Shown piece by piece: positions 21,039-31,255 of a DNA stretch of 64,000 bases. Where the stretch lies: contig CBDCTK010000002.1 in the NCBI GenBank assembly GCA_965222225.1, positions 5,408,001-5,472,000 of the forward strand, given 5' to 3'. Below the pieces are notes generated by a model. It was not told the origin of the DNA. It did no database searches and saw only the letters and a list, made by a program, of their open reading frames with translations. Within the stretch, counting starts at the first letter, position 1, and every line of letters starts with the position of its first letter. The translations under genes were made by a program, and so were the position numbers. The DNA is from Candidatus Poribacteria bacterium. GTDB lineage: Bacteria; Poribacteria; WGA-4E; JAJDTR01.

Positions 21039-22172
21039 ATGAACGATTCAATCATCAATCGAATTGAATGGACGCGCCTGACCGGAACGAGACCGCGAAA
21101 CGCCGGCTGCAACTCACGTCTGGGAGGGCATGGAATACACGTTAGACCGGGCATTGCTCGCGTTACTGCCGAAAATGGAGCAACTGGCTTTGGTTGGTCG
21201 TCGTTGTCCAAAGAATATGCGGAGTCGCTGATCGGCTTTAAGCTTTGTGAGATCTTTAATCTACAATGCGGGGTTGACGCACGGTTTCGCGCGCTTGAAT
21301 ATCCGCTCTGGGACCTGGCGGGACAGCTTGCCGGCAAACCCGTGTACGCCCTCTTGGGAGGCCAACCCGACAACGAAGGAATCTTTCGTGTGCCTTGCTA
21401 CGATACGTCATTGTACATTGACGACCTTCACCTTGAAGACGACAATGAAGCGGCGGCACTAATTGCGTCGGAAGCCTTGGAAGGAGTAGCGCGGGGGCAC
21501 ACGGCATTCAAGATTAAGGTCGGACGTGGTGCCATGCACATGCCCCTTGAGAAAGGGATGGCGAGAGATATCCGCGTCATATACGCTGTTCGCGAAGCTG
21601 TGGGCACAGACGCGACCATCCTGATAGATGCCAACAACGGATATAATTTGAGTTTGACGAAACGCGTATTAGGTGAGACCGCGGATGCTAACGTGTACTG
21701 GATGGAGGAAGCCTTCCATGAAGATCCGAAATTCTACGCGAGCCTGCGCGAATGGCTAGACGCGGAAGGGTTGGAGACACGCATCGCTGATGGAGAGGGT
21801 GATGCATCGCCTAGCTTGGTTAATTGGGCGCGAGAGGGCTTGATTGACATCATTCAATACGACATTTTCAATCCCGGCTTCACCCACTGGCTGCAACTTG
21901 GTCCTCAACTTGACGAATGGGAGATTGGCACCGCGCCCCACCATTACGGTGGTCATTACGGCAACTACGCTGCAGCTCACTTGGCAGCCAAGGTCCGGCG
22001 CTTTGAATTCGTCGAATGGGATGAGGCGTTAACCCCCGGTTTGGATGCCTCTGACTACGGAGTCTCTGACGGACACGTCAATGTTCCCGGCACCCCCGGA
22101 TTCGGTCTTAGGTTAGATGAAGACGTTTTTACCAAATCTGTTGCCACCGACGGCTTTGTAATTAGCCGATAA
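21039..22172 (+). CDS. Mandelate racemase/muconate lactonizing (enolase superfamily) enzyme
   Basis: LWDLAGQLAGKPVYALLGG, FKIKVG, IDAN, WMEEAF, ADGE, PGFG. Confidence 0.9.
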   Translation: MNDSIINRIEWTRLTGTRPRNAGCNSRLGGHGIHVRPGIARVTAENGATGFGWSSLSKEYAESLIGFKLCEIFNLQCGVDARFRALEYPLWDLAGQLAGKPVYALLGGQPDNEGIFRVPCYDTSLYIDDLHLEDDNEAAALIASEALEGVARGHTAFKIKVGRGAMHMPLEKGMARDIRVIYAVREAVGTDATILIDANNGYNLSLTKRVLGETADANVYWMEEAFHEDPKFYASLREWLDAEGLETRIADGEGDASPSLVNWAREGLIDIIQYDIFNPGFTHWLQLGPQLDEWEIGTAPHHYGGHYGNYAAAHLAAKVRRFEFVEWDEALTPGLDASDYGVSDGHVNVPGTPGFGLRLDEDVFTKSVATDGFVISR

Positions 22173-22191
22173 ATCCGGATGTTTCTCCTTA

Positions 22192-22371
22192 GAACTTGTT
22201 TGAAGATTCATTTTTGGTAGCGCCATTCGCCCTGAAACCGACTGTTTGTCAGCACTCTTGTAGGGTGCGCACTGCGCACTAGCCTTTGGAAGCCGGCGTC
22301 AGATCAAACGAGATCAAGTGAGCGAACAGCGAGCGATCAAGCGACTGAACAAGGAGTGCGATAGAAATCCC
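22192..22371 (+). mobile_element. MITE left end, GTAG REP (22260) and three copies of the 36-nt element (22302-22371)
   Basis: TTA|GAACTTGTTTGAA resembles the MITE end at 37500. Heads at 22303, 22313 and 22336. Confidence 0.7.
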
Positions 22372-22473
22372 TCTCGATCATCAAATCAAGATGAAATCTC
22401 CTAAGGGGTTGGGCTTTCATCGCACTATTGATGCTTCCCCTGTATTCCTAACCACTAACCACTGTCTTACCTG

Positions 22474-22899
22474 TTATTCCAAGCCGAGATGATTCATGTA
22501 TCCTAGCATCTTCGTTTCGACCTGCTGAGCAATCGGTTCCAACGTTTCAGAATCGACCGTGGTCTGCTGAATCCTCTCATCAATATTCGTCTGTAGACAG
22601 TAGTTCAGATTCTCTCGCATATCGTGCATCGCCTGCCCAATGTGATCCCTGACAGATCCGGGAAGGTAATTCCACTGCCGCGCTTTGGTTTGCCTTAAGT
22701 TAATATGGCAATGTCCTTTTCCCTTTTTATCGTTTTCTCCCCCGAAACAGTCGAGTCGAAAAACCTCCTGATCGTAGGCATAGATGGATATTGCGGGGCC
22801 ATAACCAGCCCGATCATCCCGCCAGTAAACTTCTAGACGGACGTTGTCCTGTATCTGATATTCAACCAGATCGTGTCTGCCCTGTTGTTCCGGAGCCAT
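22474..22899 (-). CDS. Hypothetical protein (141 aa)
   Basis: GGAG RBS before MAPEQ; contains FRLDCFG...GHCH; follows the aldolase gene. Confidence 0.7.
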   Translation of the reverse strand: MAPEQQGRHDLVEYQIQDNVRLEVYWRDDRAGYGPAISIYAYDQEVFRLDCFGGENDKKGKGHCHINLRQTKARQWNYLPGSVRDHIGQAMHDMRENLNYCLQTNIDERIQQTTVDSETLEPIAQQVETKMLGYMNHLGLE

Positions 22900-23013
22900 C
22901 TTTAATCTCCTTTCAAATGTACAGTATACAAAGCACTGCACGAGATTCCAAGAATCCCAATGCATTAACTCTGGGAGTATGTCAACTCGCTGCAACAACT
23001 CCAGTGTACCACG

Positions 23014-23745
23014 TTACAGGAACACGTTCACCCCCATATCAATATATCTATCGCGATCTTCCGGTGCGACGCCGCGAAGGCAGATTGAAACGCCGCTACC
23101 CTTAAGCTGATCGCCAACGTGGCGCACAATCTCGTCTGATAAGAGGTGATGAGCAGATGAAGGTAGACTCAACGGATGGTGCGGGTAAGTGCCAAGGTTG
23201 ATAGTCAAATCCGCAGGACCGAAAGAAATACAGTCAACCCCCGCTTTGGCGAATTTCCTTGCATTCGTGACTGCATTGATGGACTCCACCTGTAACAAGA
23301 GTATACAAGTTTCATTCCACCAATTGGCATACTCGACACGGTCTCGGTCCGGCGTGAAGCCAAATCCGTAGGCGGGTCCCCAACTGCGCTTGCCGACTGG
23401 TGGGTAATACAGGGCATCCAGCGCTTCATCGACCATAGCTTCCGTTTCCACTTGTGGCACCTCAAAGCCCGTGGGGCCCAGATCCGCCCAGTTTCCAATC
23501 TGGTAGGCTAGACGTGTGTTCTTTATCCGAAACAGAACCGGGACGTTGTATTCCTCGGCAAGGTTACAAAAGGGAATGAGTCGTTCCTCCTTAAACGGAG
23601 CGTGTTGGCTATCGCACTGCAACAGATCGAACCCGCCTGCTTCTAACGTAGCCCTAATGTCGGCGGGGTCTGATGCTAGTCCCGTTTTCCCGCAGATAAT
23701 AACCTCCCCATCGTGCATCCGCTGTTTCACATTCTTTTCTGCCAT
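23014..23745 (-). CDS. HpcH/HpaI aldolase family protein
   Basis: DSQH, VPQVET, YYPPVGKRSWG, QVES, FGPADL. Confidence 0.88.
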   Translation of the reverse strand: MAEKNVKQRMHDGEVIICGKTGLASDPADIRATLEAGGFDLLQCDSQHAPFKEERLIPFCNLAEEYNVPVLFRIKNTRLAYQIGNWADLGPTGFEVPQVETEAMVDEALDALYYPPVGKRSWGPAYGFGFTPDRDRVEYANWWNETCILLLQVESINAVTNARKFAKAGVDCISFGPADLTINLGTYPHHPLSLPSSAHHLLSDEIVRHVGDQLKGSGVSICLRGVAPEDRDRYIDMGVNVFL

Positions 23746-24422
23746 TTAATGCATCCTTTCAGTTTGAGCCTATACGCTGACCTCAAGAAGTAGACCACTG
23801 TCGCAGTCTCATTCTACCAAAATTCGGGACGATTGTCCACGATTTTTCCGAACCCTGTCACGCGCTGACACTAGAAGACGCATTCTGTTCATTGATGCAT
23901 GCTCAGACAGGCATATCGAGCCATTGATTAAGTCAGCCAAATGAAGTAAAATCAGGTTTACACATTTCGGTTGGTAGTAGCATCTTCTTTAGCCCCTTGT
24001 AGGAACAATTTCCCGATCGCGACTCCTGAAGGGTGAGATTTTCAAAAACGACCAAAATGACGCTGTCGCCTGTTGTGTAAACTCGCTCTAAACGATGTCT
24101 TCCCAAACATAAATCTAAAAACTCAATTGTTCTGAATGGCAACCACGGTTTCATACCAACATTTCATACCAACGTCTCATTAGCTTTGATGTCAAAACAG
24201 CGTATAATCCAGTCATAGAAAGGGTTTACGTGCTTTTCTATCGCTATTGAAAATCCCCATTTTGGTATGAAAAGTATGAAAAGTATGAAATTTTCCGGGA
24301 CGGCTAAACAGCGTTTTTCGAGTAGTACCTAGGGATTTCAAACAGGTTCTAAATGTCGTCGTTATAGAGATGCGGATTTTGAGATATTACGAAGAAAGTG
24401 TAAGATCGACTTTGTACATTTT

Positions 24423-24690
24423 TAGGGTGGAATCAAGCGAACGGATAGTGAGTGCGATAGGAATCCCCTGTCCACCATTTCTTGTAGGGTGTGCATTGCG
24501 ATCAAGTGACCGAATAGGGAACGCGATAGAGATCTTACCAGCCTCTAAAAGCCCCAGAGGGGATCAAACGAACGGATAGTGAGTGTGATAGCGATTCCAC
24601 AGGTATATAGCAGGCAACTACAAAAACATGAAAACACCCCTTTCTCAAATTACTGGAAATAGATTTGCCGCCTATTATTCAAACAGGTTC
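24423..24690 (+). mobile_element. REP/MITE mosaic with three 36-nt elements (24431, 24500, 24562); MITE right end TTCAAACAGGTTC abuts the RBS of the next gene
   Basis: Aligns with the MITE copies at 29401 and 37500. Confidence 0.75.
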
Positions 24691-24703
24691 TGAAGGAGAT
24701 AAT

Positions 24704-25771
24704 ATGGACGAAAAATCAATTGAACTACTTAAAGAATTGACCCAAGCCGCCGGAATCCCCGGACATGAAACCGAAGTACAAGCGATTTTCCAATCCCGGC
24801 TGGCTAATGTTGGCGCTATCGACAGAGATCGGTTGGGAAGCATTATCTGTACCAAACGCGGGGATGCCGACAAGCCTCGCATTCTTCTCGATTCTCATCT
24901 TGATGAGGTCGGTTTTATCGTGCAACGCGTGACAGATTCCGGGTATGTGAAATTCCTTCCGGTAGGCGGATGGTGGGCGCATACTTTACTTGCCCAACGG
25001 GTGAATATCTTGACCAAACACGGAAAAGTTCCCGGGATCATCGGCTCCATCCCGCCTCACCTCCTGGGTGCCGGTTCGCGTGAGAAGGTCATGGAAATTC
25101 AGAACCTCTTTATTGATATCGGGGCAGAAAGTGACAATCAGGCTTCCGAAGAATTTGGCGTAGTGCCCGGATGTCCAATCGTTCCGTACGGCCCCTTTAT
25201 GCCGATGAAGAATCCGAAACTATTTTCGGCAAAAGCGTTTGATAACCGCGTCGGGGTGGCGCTTGTGATTCAAGCTCTGCTAAAACTCGGTAAACACCCG
25301 AACACGGTAATTGGCGCCGGCAGCGCACAAGAAGAGGTGGGGTTGCGCGGAGCACGCACAGTGGCGCAGATAGTCCAACCCGATGTCGCCATAGTCTTGG
25401 AAGGCCCCCCGGCGGACGATACCCCCGGTACGGATAGTGACGCCGTGCAGGGAAAACTTGGAGCCGGCGTACAGATTCGGCTGTACGACCCGACGATGAT
25501 TCCTAACCCCCGGCTATGTGAGTTCGTCATTGAGACCGCGAAGTCGCATCAAATTCCCCATCAACTTGCCGTGCGTCAATCCGGTGGAACTGATGCGGGC
25601 TCGATTCACCAAGACGGACGTGGCGTATTGTCAATTGTATTGGGCGTACCCGCACGTTATGTTCATAGCCACGTGTCAATCATCAATAGCGACGACTATT
25701 CTGCGGCGCTGGATTTACTTCTGCATTTGGTTCCCAAACTTGACGAAAATACCGTGGCTGCACTCATATAA
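24704..25771 (+). CDS. M42-family metallo-aminopeptidase
   Basis: SHLDEVG, KAFDNRVG, QEEVGLRGA, GGTDAG, RYVHSH; AAGGAG RBS. Confidence 0.92.
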   Translation: MDEKSIELLKELTQAAGIPGHETEVQAIFQSRLANVGAIDRDRLGSIICTKRGDADKPRILLDSHLDEVGFIVQRVTDSGYVKFLPVGGWWAHTLLAQRVNILTKHGKVPGIIGSIPPHLLGAGSREKVMEIQNLFIDIGAESDNQASEEFGVVPGCPIVPYGPFMPMKNPKLFSAKAFDNRVGVALVIQALLKLGKHPNTVIGAGSAQEEVGLRGARTVAQIVQPDVAIVLEGPPADDTPGTDSDAVQGKLGAGVQIRLYDPTMIPNPRLCEFVIETAKSHQIPHQLAVRQSGGTDAGSIHQDGRGVLSIVLGVPARYVHSHVSIINSDDYSAALDLLLHLVPKLDENTVAALI

Positions 25772-25778
25772 AGATCGA

Positions 25779-25819
25779 TGCAGAGAAACCGAGTTTTTTC
25801 CCGAAAACTCGGTTTTTGC
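25779..25819. terminator. Inverted repeat between convergent genes (terminator-like or repeat family)
   Basis: GCAGAGAAACCGAGTTTT...AAAACTCGGTTTTTGC. Half copies at ~5780 and ~10465. Confidence 0.55.
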
Positions 25820-26095
25820 AATAGTTACCCTTGTAAGGTGTAATCGGTGATTGTCAGATCGCCGATTCCCGCCTCTTATTGCACGCTAGCCTTTCGCTAT
25901 TAACCTCTTGCCCGACGCACATTGTCGACCGTTGCGATCTGCCATCCTGTCCATTAAGGTTTTCTTCCTCTGATTTATCCTCTCATACATTGCTCATTAT
26001 TTCCTTGTATCACCAAATCTAACCACCATTCCGTCCTGCCTCCATTCCAACCTTCCTTCTCGCCGCTCTTCCACCCTTCCAATCTTCCTGTCACC

Positions 26096-27985
26096 TCATT
26101 CCACGACCATCAGCCTCCGCGTGTGTCTTTCCCCTGATGCCTCCAACACATAAAAATAAACGCCACTCGACACTGGTTCATTGTTCAGATTACGTCCGTT
26201 CCAATACACCGCATCGGATTTCGCCGAATAATTCCCAACCGGAAGTTCCCCCTTTGCAATACTATGAATCGAACTTCCTCGCAAATCGTAAATGCGAAGC
26301 GTCACCCGACTCGGTTGTATCAGTCTGAATGGGATCCAAGTCTCCGCGTTGAACGGGTTTGGATAGTTTTGCAATAAGACGCCGCGTTTTAAGCCGCCTA
26401 CTGTAACGGGCAACGAGTTGGGAGGGAGTTTAACACCGCTAGGTTCAGGCATACCGGTTTCCCCAAACTGCGCCAATAATGCCTCAAAAGCGGTGCGGCT
26501 ACGGATAATGCCGTATCCAACCGCGTTATCTGGTGCGCGCGATTGAGAGGCAGTCGATCGAACCGCGTTGGCGATATCCCGAGGTGTAGCGAGAGGGAAC
26601 GCCTGCATCAATAGCGCAACCACTCCCGTGCCTAGGGGCGCGGATGCCGAGGTTCCACGGTGGGTATGGGCGAAACGGTTTCGCGTCTGCGGATTGATGC
26701 CTGTTACGCCGAGCCCCATAGCGACGAGGTCAGGCTTTATCCGTCCGTCAAATGTTGGTCCACGTGAACTGAATCGCAAATTCCTACCATGACGGTCAAC
26801 CGATCCGATAGCAAGCACATCGAACCCGTCTGCCGGTACACTAATGCGTCCGCCCAAACCCAAATCTCCTAAGGGCTGATCCCCCAAATTTCCTGTTGCA
26901 ACAATTACGGATATTCCCTTCTCTACCGCGAGATTAGCGGCAATCGTTAGTTTTGAGGTTTTCCCGTCAAGGTCTTCAAAGCGGTACCATTTCGAGTAAC
27001 CGAGCGAGCTGCTAATGATTTCAGCGCCCATCTGTTCTGCCCATTCCAGCCCCTCTATCCACCAGTCTTCTTCGATTAAGTGTTCAAATTCCTGCCCGTT
27101 TTGGGAGACCTTTTCTGTCTTGGCAAGTAGATAGCTGGCACGGTATGCAACCCCCATCAAAGTTCCCGGTGCGTTTGCCGCAAGTATGCCAAGAACAACC
27201 GAACCGTGGTCATCTTCCCCGGGATCGTCTTGCCCAATTTCATCAGCCGGATTGTTGTCATTGTTGACAAAATCGTACTGAGCAAGAACGTCTACGGGCT
27301 GAAGTGCCGTGTGGTCTAAGCTGAATCCCGTGTCTAGCAGACCAATTACGATTCCGTCTCCGGAGAATCCCGACTCGTGCAGAAAGTTGGCTTGAATCTG
27401 TTCAATCTGCGTTCGCGAGTTTCCGTAGTTCAAGGGTGCTAATCCGGGTGGGGCTTCTTGAGACGAGGAATACCATAATGAGTCCGAGCGTTGAGATGTG
27501 CTTCTATAGATCTCAATCGGATCAATCGCGAGGACAAAGGGCAGACAGGCTATCTTGGAAATCTCAGTGGGCGTTGTCTCAATCGAAATTGCGTTGAGCC
27601 ATCGACTCTTGGCGCGCAATCTTCCGCCTATTTTAAGCACAGCATCAGTGTACGGAGTTGAGACAGGGAGATCGGTAATGTCGGGAAAGGGAAGGCGTGT
27701 CCGGCGAAGACGACGGCGTTTGGAGCGCGTAGACATTTGGGTTTCGTACGCTTCCAGTGCCGTTTGCAACTGATTTTTCGTCGCAATTCCTTTGTCTTTG
27801 AAAAGTACCCACACCTTCAGTTTTTCGTGGATATCAGCACCAAGAAGCCGACTAGAGATTTTGGCGAGCCCTACAGGTGAACCATCGGCGGGATGGGCAG
27901 GTAAATCGAAACAAAGCGTTGCTAAGAAGCAGAGCAGCAACGCGATAAATGCTTTCACGGGAGCAACATATTGTGTCAGCCACAT
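26096..27985 (-). CDS. Secreted S8 subtilisin-like peptidase with C-terminal FlgD-Ig/sorting-like domain
   Basis: Catalytic triad LLDTG / DHGS / GTSAS; tail LLQNYPNPFNAETWIPF...YWNGRN...SGVYFY. Confidence 0.92.
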   Translation of the reverse strand: MWLTQYVAPVKAFIALLLCFLATLCFDLPAHPADGSPVGLAKISSRLLGADIHEKLKVWVLFKDKGIATKNQLQTALEAYETQMSTRSKRRRLRRTRLPFPDITDLPVSTPYTDAVLKIGGRLRAKSRWLNAISIETTPTEISKIACLPFVLAIDPIEIYRSTSQRSDSLWYSSSQEAPPGLAPLNYGNSRTQIEQIQANFLHESGFSGDGIVIGLLDTGFSLDHTALQPVDVLAQYDFVNNDNNPADEIGQDDPGEDDHGSVVLGILAANAPGTLMGVAYRASYLLAKTEKVSQNGQEFEHLIEEDWWIEGLEWAEQMGAEIISSSLGYSKWYRFEDLDGKTSKLTIAANLAVEKGISVIVATGNLGDQPLGDLGLGGRISVPADGFDVLAIGSVDRHGRNLRFSSRGPTFDGRIKPDLVAMGLGVTGINPQTRNRFAHTHRGTSASAPLGTGVVALLMQAFPLATPRDIANAVRSTASQSRAPDNAVGYGIIRSRTAFEALLAQFGETGMPEPSGVKLPPNSLPVTVGGLKRGVLLQNYPNPFNAETWIPFRLIQPSRVTLRIYDLRGSSIHSIAKGELPVGNYSAKSDAVYWNGRNLNNEPVSSGVYFYVLEASGERHTRRLMVVE

Positions 27986-28065
27986 TTCCCATTTCCTTCA
28001 TTGATCGATGCACAAGCGCACTCGGAATATATCAAAGCAGTTATCCCAGTGTCAAGATTTTTCCA

Positions 28066-28172
28066 GATCAATCAACCGGATAGGGAACGCGATAGAAATC
28101 TCGGCGCGATGAATCTGATGAATCTCTAGTGCGATAGGGGGGTTGTAGCAACTGCGATAGAAATTCTCATAG
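28066..28172 (+). mobile_element. One 36-nt element plus orphan tails
   Basis: GATCAATCAACCGGATAGGGAACGCGATAGAAATCTC, then GTGCGATAG and CTGCGATAGAAATTCTC. Confidence 0.7.
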
Positions 28173-28362
28173 ACACCTCTGCAACCGAAAATTAGATGCG
28201 AGTGTCCGGTTCCCTCCACAGATTGCTGTTGACCGTGAGACGAAAATCGGATAAAATGTTGCCGTCCGAGGTAAATGACAAAGCCCACCGAACGATCGTT
28301 TCAGACTAGGTCGATTGGCCCCTCCTTAGACTATAATGTCATCAAGAGAGGAGAGTAGAGAG

Positions 28363-29344
28363 ATGAGATTTGCCATACATCTCGGTTATCGCTATACACG
28401 GGAGGTAATGAGACTCGTAAAACAGATAGGTTGTACCGATGTAATGGGTCACGGCCCGCCTACTCCCTCTATCGGCATAGAAGACACGGGTTCCGAAGTA
28501 TGGACGGTGGAAGACCTAATCAAGATGAAACGCCAAGTTGAAGCCCATGACTTAAGATTGGAAGTTCTTGAGCATTGCCCGCCAATTAACAAGATAATGC
28601 TGAACCTAGAGGGTCGGGAAGAGCAACTGGAGATTTTCTGAAAATCGGTTGAAAATGTTGCTGAAGCCGGCATACACACCATCAACGCATCAAGTGCGGA
28701 ATGGGTCAATTGGGGATTGGTGGCTACGACCTCGTAAGATGAGATTAGAGGCGGTGCGACATCACGAGGCTTTGACTACGACCTGATAAAGGACATTCCG
28801 CAGTCCGAGCACGGCGAGGTGGGCGAAGAACGCACCCGGGGAAAATCTCTCATACTTGGTCAAGGGAGTTGTGCCTACCCTAGAGGCTACGGGGGTGCGA
28901 TTGGCATTTCATCCGTGTGACCCGCCTATTTCACCAACACAGGGATTCGCTAGACCACTGAGGAGTACCGAGACATTTGACCGACTTCTCAATATCGTGC
29001 CGACGACGGACAAGATTGGGCTCAATTTCTGCCAGGGGTGATTTGCTGAAATGGGGGAGGACATACCGACTGCTATCTGTCACTTTGTCGAGTGTGTCAA
29101 AATCTTTTTTGCCCACTTCAGGGATGTGGAAGGCGCGGTCCCTAGATATACCGAAGTCATGCATGATGATGGACCAACAGACATGTTCAAGACGATGCAA
29201 ACCTACTACGACGTGGGCTTCGAAGCACCTATGCGCCCCGATCACGGTGCCAATTTGGAAGAAGCAGAAGGAGGCACAATGGCGAAGATTTTTGCCATTG
29301 GATACATGCGCGGGCCTGCCGAAATTGTGGAGAAAACCCGCTGA
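28363..29344 (+). pseudogene. uxuA: Mannonate dehydratase (UxuA)-like pseudogene
   Basis: GVRLAFHPCDPP, GLNFCQG, HFRDV, MRPDH, FAIGYMRG. Broken by TGA 28639, TAA 28735, a frameshift at ~28840 and TGA 29039. Confidence 0.85.
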
Positions 29345-29400
29345 GATGGAATGCGTGCGCATTACGAAAGAGAGGATTGTTCATTATTTTGTTACCTTTA

Positions 29401-29647
29401 ACCGTGTTTGAAAAGTACAGTTTGTAGGGTGCGCACTGCGCACCAGCTTCTAAAAGCCCCAGATGGGCGGAAGGTGTATAGAAACACCAAAACCCCGTGC
29501 ACCTCTAAGCCCCAGCGTGGGATCAAGGAAGCGAATAGCGACTGCGATAGAGATCCTACAGGTATGTAGCAGCCAACAATGAAAACATGAAAAAACTTTC
29601 TACAAATGACCAAAAATGGCTTTGCCACCGATTATTCAATCAGGCTC
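29401..29647 (+). mobile_element. MITE (TTA-flanked) carrying a GTAG REP, two GCCCC-AG-GGGC hairpin units and one 36-nt element (29521-29557)
   Basis: Nearly identical to 37500-37787 outside the insertions. TTA at 29398 and 29648. Confidence 0.85.
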
Positions 29648-29786
29648 TTAACCGTGTTTGTGAAATACATCAGTCTTAATATTTTGTCCTCCACCAATCT
29701 GAATTCTAAACAGTTTGTACCGCACGAGTTGAGCGACTACTGCCTCTGTCACCACTATTCAAAAGCCTTATAGAGATTTCAGCCTT

Positions 29787-30992
29787 ATGGAACTTATGAC
29801 CATCAAACCCATCGTCATCGGCATGATTGGTGCCGGATTCGCTGCCTCCTTTCATGTTGAAAACTACAGGCGCATTCCGGGACTCAATATCCGAATTAAA
29901 GGTGTAACTTCAAAGTCCAAAGAAAAAGCAGCTGCCTTTGCGGAGAAACACAACCTTGAGGAAATCTACGATTCTTACGAGGCAATTCTGGCAGATCCCG
30001 AGATAGAGATTGTTGACCTCTGCGTCCCAAATTATTTGCACTATCCGTTGTCAATCCGAGCCGCTGAAGCCGGCAAACACATTATCTGTGAAAAGCCACT
30101 CACGGGCTATTTCGGCGACGGCAAAACGACACTCGTTGGTCACACCACGACCCGTCGCCAGATGTTCGAAGAGGCACTCAGAGCAGCGGACGAAGTAGTG
30201 GACGCCGTCACACGAAACGGGGTCACGTTCTGCTATGGCGAAAACTGGGTCTATGCGCCAAGCGTGACCAAAGCAAACGATATCCTCGCGCAGAGCGACA
30301 ACACAATACTACGCATTTCCGGCGAAGAATCACATAGCGGATCGCACTCGGAATACGCAAAGGAATGGTGCTATTCCGGCGGAGGTAGTCTTATCAATAA
30401 GGGATGCCATCCCCTCGGTGCTGCACTCTACCTAAAATATAGTGAAGGTCAACGGAAATACGGCAGCCCCATCAAGCCAAAGAGCGTCACGGCAGAAGTG
30501 GCGAATCTCACCCACATAAAGAGTTTCTTGGCAGAAGATGAAAAATGGGTGCGCGAAGGCTGGAAGGACTGCGAGGATTGGGCATCCATGATGATTACAT
30601 TCTCGGACGATTCAATCGCGCAAATTACGGCATCGGACATGGTGCTTGGGGGAATCCAAAACGTCATTTCAGTCTATTCCAGCAAAACGGTGGTACATTG
30701 CAACATCAACCCGAATACGGGCACCTTGACCTATGCGCCTAGCGACGACATCTTAGGGGATACGTACATCCGAGAAAAGGTTGAAACCCGCTCAGGATGG
30801 CAGTTTACCAACCCGGACGAGGATTGGATGAACGGTTTTCCTCATGAACTCCAAGACTTCTGCGAGTCGATTGCGTGTGGGCGACAACCCAAAAGCACCG
30901 TTGAATTGGGACGGGATATCGTTGCTGTCTGCTACGGGGCTTATATCTCGGCGGAAACAGGTGAACGCTTCTCACTGGCTGAGTGGATGTGA
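29787..30992 (+). CDS. Gfo/Idh/MocA-family oxidoreductase
   Basis: GMIGAGFAA, GKHIICEKPL, GGGSLINKGCHP. Confidence 0.9.
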   Translation: MELMTIKPIVIGMIGAGFAASFHVENYRRIPGLNIRIKGVTSKSKEKAAAFAEKHNLEEIYDSYEAILADPEIEIVDLCVPNYLHYPLSIRAAEAGKHIICEKPLTGYFGDGKTTLVGHTTTRRQMFEEALRAADEVVDAVTRNGVTFCYGENWVYAPSVTKANDILAQSDNTILRISGEESHSGSHSEYAKEWCYSGGGSLINKGCHPLGAALYLKYSEGQRKYGSPIKPKSVTAEVANLTHIKSFLAEDEKWVREGWKDCEDWASMMITFSDDSIAQITASDMVLGGIQNVISVYSSKTVVHCNINPNTGTLTYAPSDDILGDTYIREKVETRSGWQFTNPDEDWMNGFPHELQDFCESIACGRQPKSTVELGRDIVAVCYGAYISAETGERFSLAEWM

Positions 30993-31039
30993 TTCGGGCG
31001 ATAGAATCAAATGTATGTGCTTTATGAATTTTTCTTTGT

Positions 31040-31204
31040 TAGGACTTACGCATCTGAACTCCTAGAGATTCGCTGCAGGGTAGTTTATTTCCAGCTTCAA
31101 CGCTACAATCCCTGTAGGATCGATCTCCCGGTCGCGACCGTCTATGCGTGGCAGGGCAAGATCCCCTGCCTAACGAAGCGATTTCTGTTGCTGCGTACGT
31201 CCTA
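31040..31204. mobile_element. MITE with TAGGACTTACGCA / TGCGTACGTCCTA inverted ends and an internal GTAG REP
   Basis: 12/13 inverted-repeat match including the terminal TA. REP at 31114. Confidence 0.8.
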
Positions 31205-31255
31205 TTTGTATAGAAAAGTATTTCACTGCGTAATTGAAAGCGAGCAGCAACACGA

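Noticed and set aside
11620-28288. 36-nt element as a coding repeat (minus-strand peptide GISIALAIRSLD in ORFs 11620, 11838, 15564, 28052)
   Set aside because: Several third codon positions are invariant while first and second positions vary, and nested junctions do not preserve frame. Base pairing explains the pattern better.
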